From positions 3,648,001 to 3,712,000 of the forward strand of contig CAWDXG010000004.1 of the NCBI GenBank assembly GCA_963806225.1: a DNA stretch of 64,000 nt, given 5' to 3'. Shown one piece after another: positions 38,932 through 48,498 of this stretch. The translations under genes and the position numbers were made by a program. The first letter of the stretch is position 1, and the number at the start of each line of letters is the position of its first letter. Under the pieces are notes generated by a model, which saw nothing but the letters and a program-made list of their open reading frames with translations, was not told where the DNA came from and did not search any database. The DNA comes from an uncultured delta proteobacterium (lineage in GTDB: Bacteria > Myxococcota_A > Polyangia > Polyangiales > Polyangiaceae).

Positions 38932-40038
38932 ATGCAGACAGGCCAGCGCGTCGTGGTGCGGGAATACGGGGAAACTCCGCTGGATGCCGTCGAGCACTAT
39001 CTCGAGCTGGTCGAGCAGCCACCGCCGGATCCGGCGGACCTCGGCTCGCACGACATCGTGGTCGACGTGAAGAGCGCGGCTGTGGGCTGGGTCGACCTCT
39101 TGATGCTGAGCGGGCAGTACCAGCACATGGTCGATCCGCCGTACACGCCGGGGCTCGAGTACGCGGGCGAGATCGTGTGGACGGGAGCAGAGGTGAGCCG
39201 CGTGGCGGTGGGGGACCGGGTGATGGCGGACGGCTTCCACGTCGGGCCGCGCTCGCTGGGCGCGTACCAGAAGTGGGGCGGCTTCGCGTCGTATGCGGTC
39301 GCGCCGGAGGACGGCGTGATCCCGCTCACGGCACGGTTGTCTTTCGATCAGGGCGCGAGCCTGCTGGGCAACTACGAGACGGCGTATCACGCGCTGATCC
39401 ATCGCGGGCGGCTGCAGAAGGGTGAGACTGTGCTGATCCACGGCGCGTCGGGCTCGACGGGCCTGGCCGCGGTGCACGTCGCCAAGCTGGTGGGCGCCAA
39501 GGTGATCGCGACGGGACGCTCGCCGGAAAAACTCGCTGTGGTGGAAGCACAAGGCGCCGACCACGTGATCCACACGGCGGACGAGAGCGGCGGCGTCCGC
39601 CGCTTCCGCGACGAGGTGAAGGCGCTGACCGGCGGGGAGGGCGTCGATGTCGTGTACGACAGCGTCGGCGGCGACATCTCGCTGGAGAGCCTGCGCTGCG
39701 TGCGCTTCGGAGCGCGCTTCGTGATCGTCGGCTGGGCCGCGACGCCGTTCGTGGCGCGCGGCAAAGGACAGCGGGGCGCGCCCAACGCCAACGTGCTGCC
39801 GACCAACCTGATCATGATGAAGTCGCTCGACGTGCTCGGCAGCCCTGCCGCCATCTCCGCCCACCGCGACCCCGCCATGCGCCAGAAGCGGCTCGCGACC
39901 ATCCTCGACTGGGCCGAGCAGGGCCGCATCACGCCGCACGTCGCCGAGGTGTTTCCGCTCTCGCGCATCAAAGACGCGATGCGCGAGAAGTGGCAGAGCC
40001 GCTTCGTCGGCACGACGGTCGTGCATCCCGGCGCGTAG
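38932..40038 (+). CDS. NADPH:quinone oxidoreductase-like MDR enzyme (possible enoyl-thioester reductase)
   Basis: PYTPGLEYAG, LIHGASGSTG, GVDVVYDSVGG. Confidence 0.85.
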   Translation: MQTGQRVVVREYGETPLDAVEHYLELVEQPPPDPADLGSHDIVVDVKSAAVGWVDLLMLSGQYQHMVDPPYTPGLEYAGEIVWTGAEVSRVAVGDRVMADGFHVGPRSLGAYQKWGGFASYAVAPEDGVIPLTARLSFDQGASLLGNYETAYHALIHRGRLQKGETVLIHGASGSTGLAAVHVAKLVGAKVIATGRSPEKLAVVEAQGADHVIHTADESGGVRRFRDEVKALTGGEGVDVVYDSVGGDISLESLRCVRFGARFVIVGWAATPFVARGKGQRGAPNANVLPTNLIMMKSLDVLGSPAAISAHRDPAMRQKRLATILDWAEQGRITPHVAEVFPLSRIKDAMREKWQSRFVGTTVVHPGA

Positions 40039-40064
40039 CGGGGATCCGCGCACCAGCAGGCCGA

Positions 40065-41630
40065 TCAGAACCGGAACCCGCCGTCCCCTTCTGCACTCGC
40101 CAGCCAGAGGAGAGCCGTGTTCGACTGGCGGCGGACGCCGAGGGCGCTGCCGCGCAGGGCGAGCTCGAAAAACAGCGCATCACCGACGCCGAGGCGGGCG
40201 GCAACGCCCACGCTGCCGCCCGCCGCCACCGCGCGGTAGTCCTGGTCGACCGGGTAGCCCAGCGGCCCCACCAGGCCCGCGTCACGGCGGCGCAGATCCT
40301 CGTCGATGAACATCAGCGTGGGGCCGAGCCCCACGCGCAGCTCGAACGGCGAGAGACTGACGACGCGGTCGAGCTCCAGCGTGCTGTCCAGGCTCACGAC
40401 GCGCACCTGGTTCGCGCCTTCAACGTGTCGGCCCATCGAGCCTGCCATGCGCAGGCCAAGCGCGAAGTCGCCGATTCGCCTGGACGCCCCGACGCCGAGG
40501 CGGGGCATCAGAGGGTCGAGCGTGCCCGTCACCGCGCCGGCGGAGACGAACACGTCGTTCGGACTGAGCACGAGCGTGCCGCCCTTGGCCGCGAGCTCCT
40601 CGATCGCGACGGGGCGGAAGTCCGCGTTGTGCAGCGTGCGCTTCTCGTGGCTTCCGAGGCTCAGGCGGACCGCCGCCGCGCCGGCCGCGCCGCGACGCTG
40701 GACCACGTACTGCCCCGGCGGCAGCGACACCACGGCGGGATGTGAGGGCACGGCCCAGAGCTCCGCGGCCACGGTCTTCGAGCCAGTCGCGTACACTAGG
40801 AAGTGCGTGTCGTGAGCGGGAGGCAGGGTCAGCGTGGCCGCCCGGCGGCTTTCGTAGGTGAGCACCAGCGGCGCGCTCTGGGCGAGCTCGTACGTCGCGG
40901 CCGGGCGCTGCAGCACGCCCGAGCCGCGCGCCGAGCGGTACAGCGTCTGGTGGTAGGCGAAGGACCACGCCTCGCTCAGCGTGACCCGGTGGTCGCGGTT
41001 CTCGTCGGCAGCGCCTCTCAAACCGTTGACGAAGAAGTGCGTGAACACGGCGCCGGACAGGGCGTCGGATTCCTGGGCGGCCTCGCCGTCAGCCGTCGCG
41101 TACAACCACACCGAGCCGGTCGCAGAGGGCGGGTTCACGGCGATCGAGAAGGGCGCGGCGGCGGAGACGCCCTTCTTCCGCATCGGATCCGCCGTGCGAC
41201 AGGCATCGACAATGACCAGCCGAAGGCCGGCGGGGATCTGCTGGACGCGACGCCGGACCTCGCCCAGGGGCACGGCTTCGCCCTGGAGGTCGAGGTGGGC
41301 GCGGTCGCCGTGCCCGCTGAAGTAGAAGATCAGCGTGACCTCGTCCGGCGGGTGCGTGCGTGCCGCGGCGCGGGCCCGATCGAGCGCAGCGAACAGGCTC
41401 TGCTTGGTGGCGTTCCGCACCAGGAAGGCGCGGCTCGCATCGACGCGCCCCTGGCTCACGAACACGTTGCGGACGCGCTCGGCGTCCTGGTTGGCGTGCT
41501 TGAGCACTCCCTGCTCGCTGAGCCCGTGCGACTCGCCGGCAGCGACCAGCACGCGGATCGGCGCCGCTCCGGCACTCGCGGCCCAAAGGCAGACGGCCAC
41601 GGCGGCGAACAGAGCTTTCAAGTGGGACAT
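40065..41630 (-). CDS. Secreted caspase-family (peptidase C14) protease fused to a C-terminal outer-membrane beta-barrel-like domain
   Basis: Signal peptide (MSHLKALFAAVAVCLWAASAGA); FYFSGHG (His) and VIVDACR (Cys) dyad; AQESD, FTHFFVNGLRGAAD; amphipathic strands ending GGFRF. Confidence 0.88.
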   Translation of the reverse strand: MSHLKALFAAVAVCLWAASAGAAPIRVLVAAGESHGLSEQGVLKHANQDAERVRNVFVSQGRVDASRAFLVRNATKQSLFAALDRARAAARTHPPDEVTLIFYFSGHGDRAHLDLQGEAVPLGEVRRRVQQIPAGLRLVIVDACRTADPMRKKGVSAAAPFSIAVNPPSATGSVWLYATADGEAAQESDALSGAVFTHFFVNGLRGAADENRDHRVTLSEAWSFAYHQTLYRSARGSGVLQRPAATYELAQSAPLVLTYESRRAATLTLPPAHDTHFLVYATGSKTVAAELWAVPSHPAVVSLPPGQYVVQRRGAAGAAAVRLSLGSHEKRTLHNADFRPVAIEELAAKGGTLVLSPNDVFVSAGAVTGTLDPLMPRLGVGASRRIGDFALGLRMAGSMGRHVEGANQVRVVSLDSTLELDRVVSLSPFELRVGLGPTLMFIDEDLRRRDAGLVGPLGYPVDQDYRAVAAGGSVGVAARLGVGDALFFELALRGSALGVRRQSNTALLWLASAEGDGGFRF

Positions 41631-41659
41631 CGGAGGCTTGCGGTCGCAGGCGCCGCGGG

Positions 41660-42367
41660 TCAGGGGCGGGAAGCATAGCTCAGGGGCAGCGCTGTCACGC
41701 CCGAGAGCTGGCCGGTGGCCTGGGCGGCCCTGACCGCGTCCGGGCTGCCCACGATGACCCAGCCCGTGGTGGGTTCCGCGTCGAACTGCGCGGCCTTCTC
41801 GGAATAGTGAGTGCCCGCGTCGAGCTCGGCCGGCAGCAGCAGCGGCACGTAGTGGTGGTCGCGCGTGAGCACGCCGGCGGCGATAGGCGTGGACCGGGCA
41901 ACGCTGACCTCGACGCGCAACCGGTCTCCGGCGCGCACGACCACCGGCCCCGTGAAGCGGTGCTGCTCGCCCGCGTGCTCGACGACCACCGCGACCTGGG
42001 GCGGGCCCTTGAAGCGCAGGCCGCCGCCTGACGGAGCCGTCGCCGGCAAGACCGCAGATGTCCCGTCCCCGGCCGGCGGCGGCTTCCGTCCTATGAAGAG
42101 CATCACGGCTGCGGCGACCAGCAGAGGCGCCGCGACGATGGACGCCCAGCGCAGATAGCGGACGTTGGAGCCCGCCGGCTGCGCCTCGCGAAGCCGTTCG
42201 AGCCCGCGCTCCCGCTCCGGGCTCGAGCGCCACGCCCCGAGCTCCTCGCGGAGCGCATCCAGGTACTCGCGGCAGGCTTCGCAGTCGGCGACGTGCGCCT
42301 CGGCGTCGGGATCGGGATCGCCCGCGGCAAGCGCCTCCAGGCGGTGGCTGGGCGGATGCTCTGTCAT
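41660..42367 (-). CDS. Zinc-finger (zf-HC2) membrane anti-sigma factor
   Basis: AHVADCEAC (HxxxCxxC), one TM helix, then a periplasmic domain starting LRFKG; ATG overlaps the sigma stop. Confidence 0.85.
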   Translation of the reverse strand: MTEHPPSHRLEALAAGDPDPDAEAHVADCEACREYLDALREELGAWRSSPERERGLERLREAQPAGSNVRYLRWASIVAAPLLVAAAVMLFIGRKPPPAGDGTSAVLPATAPSGGGLRFKGPPQVAVVVEHAGEQHRFTGPVVVRAGDRLRVEVSVARSTPIAAGVLTRDHHYVPLLLPAELDAGTHYSEKAAQFDAEPTTGWVIVGSPDAVRAAQATGQLSGVTALPLSYASRP

Positions 42368-42885
42368 GGCGCCGCCTCGGGACTGGACTTGGGGGAAAGG
42401 AAAGCGCGCGCGGACTCGCGGATGGCCTGCAGGCGCTTGTTGACCGTAACGCGGGAGTAGCCGACCTCTTCTCCGATCTGGCTCTGGCTCATGCCGTCGA
42501 TGAACGACAGGATCGCGATGCGCTGGTCGACCTCGCCGAGTGTCCCGAGCGCTTTCAGCACGCTGTCGCGGGCTTCGATGTCGACATTGGGGTGCTCGGC
42601 GCGGCGGGCGGCAGGATCGTCGAGCGCCGCGGCAGTGCGAAGACGCTTGCCGCGGCGCAGTTGATCGATGCTCGAGCGGTCGACGACGGCGTGGAGCCAG
42701 CGCAATGGATGGTCGGCATTCCGGTATCCGGCTCCGCTCTTCATCAGCTTGACCAGTGCTTCGTGCACGGCATCCTCCGCCAGCGAGGCGTCGCGCGTGA
42801 TGAGCCACGCGCGACGCCTGAGGAAGCAGCCGTATCGCTCGTAGATGCGACCGACTTCTTCACGGCTGAGCCCGGTTTCCGTCAA
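42364..42885 (-). CDS. ECF RNA polymerase sigma factor
   Basis: IYERYG, AEDAVHEAL, WLHAVV (region 2); GMSQSQIGEEVGYSRVTVNKRL (region 4 HTH). Confidence 0.92.
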   Translation of the reverse strand: MTETGLSREEVGRIYERYGCFLRRRAWLITRDASLAEDAVHEALVKLMKSGAGYRNADHPLRWLHAVVDRSSIDQLRRGKRLRTAAALDDPAARRAEHPNVDIEARDSVLKALGTLGEVDQRIAILSFIDGMSQSQIGEEVGYSRVTVNKRLQAIRESARAFLSPKSSPEAAP

Positions 42886-42903
42886 GCAGCACCACTCCGG
42901 GTT

Positions 42904-43764
42904 CTACGGGCAGGGCCATCCGGTGGGGGAAGTGCCGGGCTGCTTCGAGTACACCGTCTCCACTAGCGTGTACTGCTTGTCGCACGGCTTATCGACGACG
43001 AGCGTCTGCTCGTTGTAGATGTACTGATCGGGGTTGGTCGGGTCGCACTGGAGGTTGGGATCGTCCGGCGCGGGGTAGGCGCCGTTCGGGCCGATGGTTC
43101 CGGCGGGAGCCACCTTGCCGGCACCTCCGCCGGACTCCGTCATGCCGTTCGCGCACATGTACATCTGTGCTTCGGGCGAGTCGTCCTCGGTCAGGAGGAG
43201 CCCGGTCGAGATCGGATCCCACACGAAGCCGTTGGTCTTCTCGTCGGGCGTGAGGATGTTGAAGCCGAGGCGCGGCACCACGCCGTTCTCGTCCTTCATC
43301 TTGTCGAAGCCGTTCGGCGCCGACTTGATGAACACGAGCTGATGGGTCTTGTCGATCCCGACGACGTGGTCGATGGCCTTCGTCGAGCTCTCGTCGAGCA
43401 GGTCGAGCTTGCCGTTCTTGTTGAGGTCCTGGTAGGCGACGAACCCGCCGATGGCCACCTCGGCGCCTCCGATGTCCTTCGTAGGCACGATGAAGCCAGC
43501 CGGCGGCGCGCTCTTCAAAGGAATGCTGAACGCTGCCGGGAACTCTGCCTTCACCGGCACGTCCACTGCGAGCGCGTGGGCCTGGCCGTTTTCCCAGATG
43601 ACAGCAACGTGCACGCCAGCGCCGCCCAGGGCCCCCGACTGGCTCTGGACCGAGCCGTGCAGCGTGACGAGGGTGGACTGGCCGCCTTCGTGGTCGGGAA
43701 GGCCGCCGCAGGCGGTGGCGGTAGCGAGCGTGAGCGCGGTGCAAGCAATAGCCAGGCGTTTCAT
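42904..43764 (-). CDS. Lipoprotein of unknown function, first gene of the ECF/caspase operon
   Basis: GGAGGA RBS; MKRLAIACTALTLATATAC lipobox; EF-hand-like YQDLNKNGKLD; C-terminal PTGWPCP. Confidence 0.8.
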   Translation of the reverse strand: MKRLAIACTALTLATATACGGLPDHEGGQSTLVTLHGSVQSQSGALGGAGVHVAVIWENGQAHALAVDVPVKAEFPAAFSIPLKSAPPAGFIVPTKDIGGAEVAIGGFVAYQDLNKNGKLDLLDESSTKAIDHVVGIDKTHQLVFIKSAPNGFDKMKDENGVVPRLGFNILTPDEKTNGFVWDPISTGLLLTEDDSPEAQMYMCANGMTESGGGAGKVAPAGTIGPNGAYPAPDDPNLQCDPTNPDQYIYNEQTLVVDKPCDKQYTLVETVYSKQPGTSPTGWPCP

Positions 43765-43930
43765 GGGGTGATCCTCCAGGTCGAAGCAGCGCGGGGCTTT
43801 GGCCCGCGCCTTGGTGTCATGCAGGAGACGCTCGACCCCGCCCCGAGTGTAAACCTCCTGGGGAAAAAGTTCCGGCACGTCGCCGTTCGCCGTCAGCTGC
43901 CGCCCCGGGACGCCACGAGCAGACAGGCCC

Positions 43931-46574
43931 TCAGCGGCACATCGCAACCGAAGCCTCGACGGCGGCCTCCATCGCCTCGAAAAGCTTGTCGTCGTGCTTG
44001 CCCAGGGCGGGTCCGAGCCGCTGCAGGCTGGAGAACCCTTCCCTTGCGCGCGCGATCGCGCTGGCCTCCGCGTCGAGCTGTTCGGCGATCTGTTCCGCGA
44101 AACGCTTCATCGCGGCGTCGAGCGAGTCATCCAGCGCATCGAAGATCGTCTGGTACACGACCCCGCCCGAATCGTACAGGCGATCGGCAATCCGGCGCTC
44201 GGCTTCACCGATGGCAACGTCGAGCGACATGCCCGCCTGCCGCTTCAGCCGGGTCGCCGCGCGGATCATTGCCGCGAATGCGCCGATCGAGAGCCCTACG
44301 AGCGCGCCCACGGCCATATCGATCCGGGCGTCGGCGAGCACCCCCGACAGCGTCGGGGCAATCAGACGACCGGCGACCGCGCCGATCACGGCCCCTGCAA
44401 CCGACGCCGCCAACCGGACACGCCCGAGCCTGCTCGCCGCCGTCTCGACTGCGCCCAGCACGATGGCCTGCGTGGTGCTGTCGTCGCTGGCTTCCAGCCG
44501 CGGAATCAAGCTCTGCGATCCGCGCACGTCGGGAAGGGCCCGGTAGCGGCGACGGAGCTCCGCAAACAACTCCTGCGCCATGGTGGTCACGCGTTGCTCG
44601 ATCGAGGATTCGAGGGTCTTCTCTGCCGCCGTCCAGGCAGCAGGCAACCCGGCGTCCAGCTCGGTCTGCATCTGCCGCGCGGCATCCAACACCTCCCGCC
44701 GGCTGTGGGCGAGGGAGAGCACGTTCCGGCAATTGACGCGAAGTGCCTCGAGCGCGCCATGCGCCGTATCCGACGCTTCGCGCAGCGCCCCCGAGCGTGC
44801 CTCCGCGATGCGCGGTTCGGCCTCGGCGAGGGCGTCCATCTGGAACGCCTCCGGCGGCGGCGCCCGGTGCGTCTCGAGCTCCTCGACACGTTCGCCGTAC
44901 TTGGCGAGGGCGGCTTCCCGCACTGCGCCGAGCCCGGCAATGGCGTTCTGGATCGCCTTGGTGGCCCACGAGCCCACGACGATCGCGCGCTCTTGGTGCA
45001 ACAAGTGGAACAGTTTGTCGACTTCGCTCTTGAAGCGCCGCGCCAGCCCGCTGTCACCGTCCTCCAACGCGGCCCGAGCGGCGGTCGCCAGACTGAACAC
45101 CTCCTCGGGCGCGCGCTCGATCTCGCCGGCGAAGCGCAGAGTGCCGGCGCGCCTCGCCTTCTCCACTTCCGCCCACGGCTGGGGATTGCGTCGGCGCGCG
45201 GCCTCCATGAACACGCGGTCCATCTTCGTCAGGACCAGGAAGACGTGAGGCACGACCTCGCGCAGCTGCTGCAGGAAGCGCTTGGTAGCGCTGCCGACGG
45301 GGCGTTCGAGGTCCGAGGCCAGCACGCAGGCGTCGGCGCGCTCGCGGACCAGGCTCCAGATTCGAGCACTATCTCCAGGCGCGCCCTCCGTGAGCTCCGG
45401 GATGTCGACCAGCGCGATGTCTTCCGGAAGCAGGCTCGCAGGGAAATCGATCTCCAGCTCTCTCAGCTGCCTGCCGCCGCCCGCCCGGGCCAGCACCTCG
45501 ATCCGGCCTACGAACTGCGCTCGGCGCTCCTGGATATGGAGGTCAAGTGCCGCGCGAGCGTTGTCGAGCGCCGCGCGCGCTCGCTCCAGATTCGCCGAGC
45601 CCCGCGCACGCGCATCCTCGGCGTCGCTCGCTTCGGCGCGGCTCGCTTCGGCCGCGGCGCCGAGCGGCTCCAGCTCCGCCTCGAGTAACTGACACGCCTG
45701 CTCGTTGTCCTCCACGCGCTTCTTCATGCTCTCGAACGCGGCCAGAGCCGCGTCGCGCTCGCGAACCCCCTCTGCGTGGCGGCGCCAGCGGCTGGCGAAA
45801 AGCAGGGCGAACAGCGCACGCCACAGCCACAACCAGATCGCCCACCAGGCAAATCGCTCGCGGAGCGGGGCGGGGACGTTCCCGCCGTTCTCGGCGAGAT
45901 CGCGGCCCACGCGTTCCACCCTCAGTCCAGCTGCTTCGAGATCGGCGCCCAGCTGGACCGCATCCAGACGTTCTGCCTTCGAAGGTCGCCAGGGCTTCAC
46001 CCCATGCGTCCGCGGCGCGCCGGCTTTCTGCCGTCGCGCGCTCGATGTTCGACTCCAACGTCGCAGCGCTCGCCTGGGCCTGCTCCAGCGCCTCGGCGGC
46101 CGCCTCGATCGCCTTGTCGAGCTCCACGCGCCGATCGGGAACCTCGCTGGAGAACTGCTCGAGCCTGCTATCCGCGAGACGCGCCCGGAAGTCGATCGCG
46201 TCGCGGCAGCGCAGCACCACGATCGCCCGCGTGTTTCCGAGCGCCGCACCGAGTGCCGGCTCCCCCAGCAACGCGTCGAGGAACGTGCGCTTGCCCGACC
46301 CCGTCGCGCCGACAACGACGACGCTGAGCTCGGTGCGCTCCAGTCGCTGCTCGATGTCGTGTGCGGCGGACTCCACGCCGGCCGTCACTTCATCGCCCAG
46401 GAGCTCGCCGTGCTGCATCAGCTCCCGCAGCGTCTCGACCGCAGCGCTGACTTCGACAATCAGTGCGTCGCCGTAGACCCGGTGCGAGGACGGAGGGCGC
46501 GACTGGGACGACGCCGCAACTTGTAGCGATGCATCGGGCGAGTCCGCCCCCGGGACAGTAGCCCCCAACGCCAT
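43931..46574 (-). CDS. Degenerate dynamin-like GTPase-family protein; single-base frameshift near 45978
   Basis: The N-terminal part (frame of ORF 45543..46628) has VVVVGATGSGKRTFLDALLG. After the shift at TTC-GAA-G-GCA-GAA it continues in the frame of 43931..46315 with ALVDIPE, ADACVL, FLVLTKMD, a helical stalk and two late TM segments. Confidence 0.72.
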
Positions 46575-46776
46575 GACCGACAGGGTAGACCCACCAGCAG
46601 ACGGATGGCGGCTTTGAATTCGAGGCACGGCGCATGACGCGCCGCGCGACGCGGAGTTGGCTGAAACGTAGGCACTTCCACCACATTCACGTCAGCCGCG
46701 GCGGGCACCTGGAGGCGCTGGAGCTCGTCGGCGGACGGACAGCGTGCTCTCGCACTGGCGCTTGCCTCGTCGGGAT

Positions 46777-47637
46777 TCACGCCGGAGCGGGCAGCACCAG
46801 GAGCGAGCACGGGATGCGCCGCATGACGCGCTCGGCGGTGCCGCCGAGCAGCACGCGGCGCAGGCCGGTGCGGCCGCTGCGGCCGACCACCATCAGGTCG
46901 TACTCCTCGTCGTCGGCATGCGAGAGGAGCACCTCGGCGGGCAGCCCCCACTCGTAAAGGCGGGTCGGCTCGACGCCGCCGAGCTCGCGTTCTTCGATGA
47001 ACGCGTCCAGCTCCTGCTCGCGCTGCTCGCGATAGGCGGCAATCTCGCTCTCGATCTCGTGCTTGCTCATGCCCATCGGGTTGAAGTCGGGGCCGTGCAG
47101 CGCGCTGATCACCGTGAGCTTGCCGTCGAAGCGCTGACACACGCTGGCCGCGGCGGCGAGCGCGACGCCCGAGGCGGCGGACCCGTCCACGCCGCAAAGT
47201 ACGTCGAGCAGCGGCTCGTCCGGCTTCGGCTTGGCCACCCAGACGGGCTCCGCCGCGTGGCGCACTACGGACTCGGCAGTGCTGCCGATGAAGCGCCGTT
47301 CGATCCGCGACGCGTCCCCCGCTCCGATCATGACCAGCGAAGGGCGCATGCGGTCGGCGACGGTCACGATGACCTCGGCGGGATTGCCGCGCAGCACCGC
47401 TTCGGCGCGCGCGCGGATCCCGCTCTCCTCCAACCTGTTGGCCCAGCTCTCCAGTCGTTCCTGCTCCTGCTTCTCCACGAGGCCGGAAGAGAGCCAATCC
47501 TTCCAGAAGCCAGGCAGCGCGTGGACCAACACCACCTCGGCGTCGTAGCGACGCGCAACCTGCTCGAGCTCGGGCAGAGCCGCCTTGGCGGCCTCACCGA
47601 AGTCGGTGGCGAAGAGAATCGAGCGCACCTCGAACAT
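46777..47637 (-). CDS. Tandem-domain universal stress protein
   Basis: ILFATDF...FIGSTAESVVRHA and LCGVDGS...GRSGRTGLRRVLLGGTAERVMR. Confidence 0.93.
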   Translation of the reverse strand: MFEVRSILFATDFGEAAKAALPELEQVARRYDAEVVLVHALPGFWKDWLSSGLVEKQEQERLESWANRLEESGIRARAEAVLRGNPAEVIVTVADRMRPSLVMIGAGDASRIERRFIGSTAESVVRHAAEPVWVAKPKPDEPLLDVLCGVDGSAASGVALAAAASVCQRFDGKLTVISALHGPDFNPMGMSKHEIESEIAAYREQREQELDAFIEERELGGVEPTRLYEWGLPAEVLLSHADDEEYDLMVVGRSGRTGLRRVLLGGTAERVMRRIPCSLLVLPAPA

Positions 47638-47697
47638 GCGCTGCGATTCTTGTCACAACCGGAGCACGCCCGCAGGCCGGCGTTATGCTGGTCACCG

Positions 47698-48162
47698 ATG
47701 GCACGGAAGAGCGCCGGTCTTCTGCTGTACCGGCTCCGCGAAGGGCAGCCCGAGGTGCTGCTGGTGCACCCGGGCGGCCCCTTCTGGAAGAACAAGGACG
47801 AGGGCGCATGGTCGATCCCCAAGGGGGAGGTCGAGCCGCACGAGGACCTGCTTGAAGCGGCGCTGCGCGAATTCGCTGAAGAAACGGGAGTCCGACCAGA
47901 AGGTCCGTTCGTTCCGCTCGACCCCGTGCAGCAGAAGGGCGGCAAGGTCGTCCACGCCTGGGCGGTCGAAGGCGATCTCGATCCAGGGGAGCTGACGAGC
48001 AACACGTTCGAGCTCGATTGGCCGCCCCGCTCGGGCCGGAGACAGCGCTTCCCCGAGGTCGACCGCGCCGCGTTCTTCGCGCCCGACGAGGCCGGCCGAC
48101 GCATCAATCCGGGGCAGGCCCCCCTGGTCGAGCAACTGCAGCGGCGCTTAGCACACAAGTAG
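47698..48162 (+). CDS. NUDIX hydrolase (COG4119-like)
   Basis: SAGLLLYR, VHPGGPFW, WSIPKGE...AALREFAEETG Nudix box, FPEVDRA. Confidence 0.92.
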   Translation: MARKSAGLLLYRLREGQPEVLLVHPGGPFWKNKDEGAWSIPKGEVEPHEDLLEAALREFAEETGVRPEGPFVPLDPVQQKGGKVVHAWAVEGDLDPGELTSNTFELDWPPRSGRRQRFPEVDRAAFFAPDEAGRRINPGQAPLVEQLQRRLAHK

Positions 48163-48197
48163 TTGACATCTATACATAAATTCCTTTTTTCAAAATT

Positions 48198-48474
48198 CCG
48201 GACCCAAGCGGAATACCCCCCCACAGGCGAGGGTTGAGCCGGGTGAGAGCGAAGGAGGCATCGGGAAGCTCATCGAAGGACTGTATCGACGTTTCTTGCT
48301 GTGGCTCTCGCGCGCCGCTCCCGCGCGCCTCTCCTCCCCGAGCCACCCCAGCAGCAAGAGTGTCCAACCAAAAAAAAGGACACCGCGAGCAACGTGTGGG
48401 TAGGCCGGCGCGTCCTGCGCCCCGGCAAATGAAACGTCGATCGCCCCCCGGCATCCGCCGGGGGGCATTTTTTT
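48198..48474 (+). ncRNA. Candidate structured small RNA (~280 nt), family not recognised
   Basis: AT-rich promoter-like tract with TTGACA at 48163. An 11-bp long-range helix (48285-48295 with 48431-48441) encloses several hairpins, followed by an intrinsic terminator. No credible ORF. The 5' end is inferred. Confidence 0.6.
48443..48474 (+). terminator. Rho-independent terminator
   Basis: GCCCCCCGGC-ATCC-GCCGGGGGGC followed by ATTTTTTT. Confidence 0.9.
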
Positions 48475-48498
48475 GTCCGCAATCCTACGTAGGCGTGG

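Noticed and set aside
41631..42233. N-terminal extension of the caspase ORF (722 aa)
   Set aside because: Overlaps the anti-sigma gene in another frame; the signal peptide starts at 41630.
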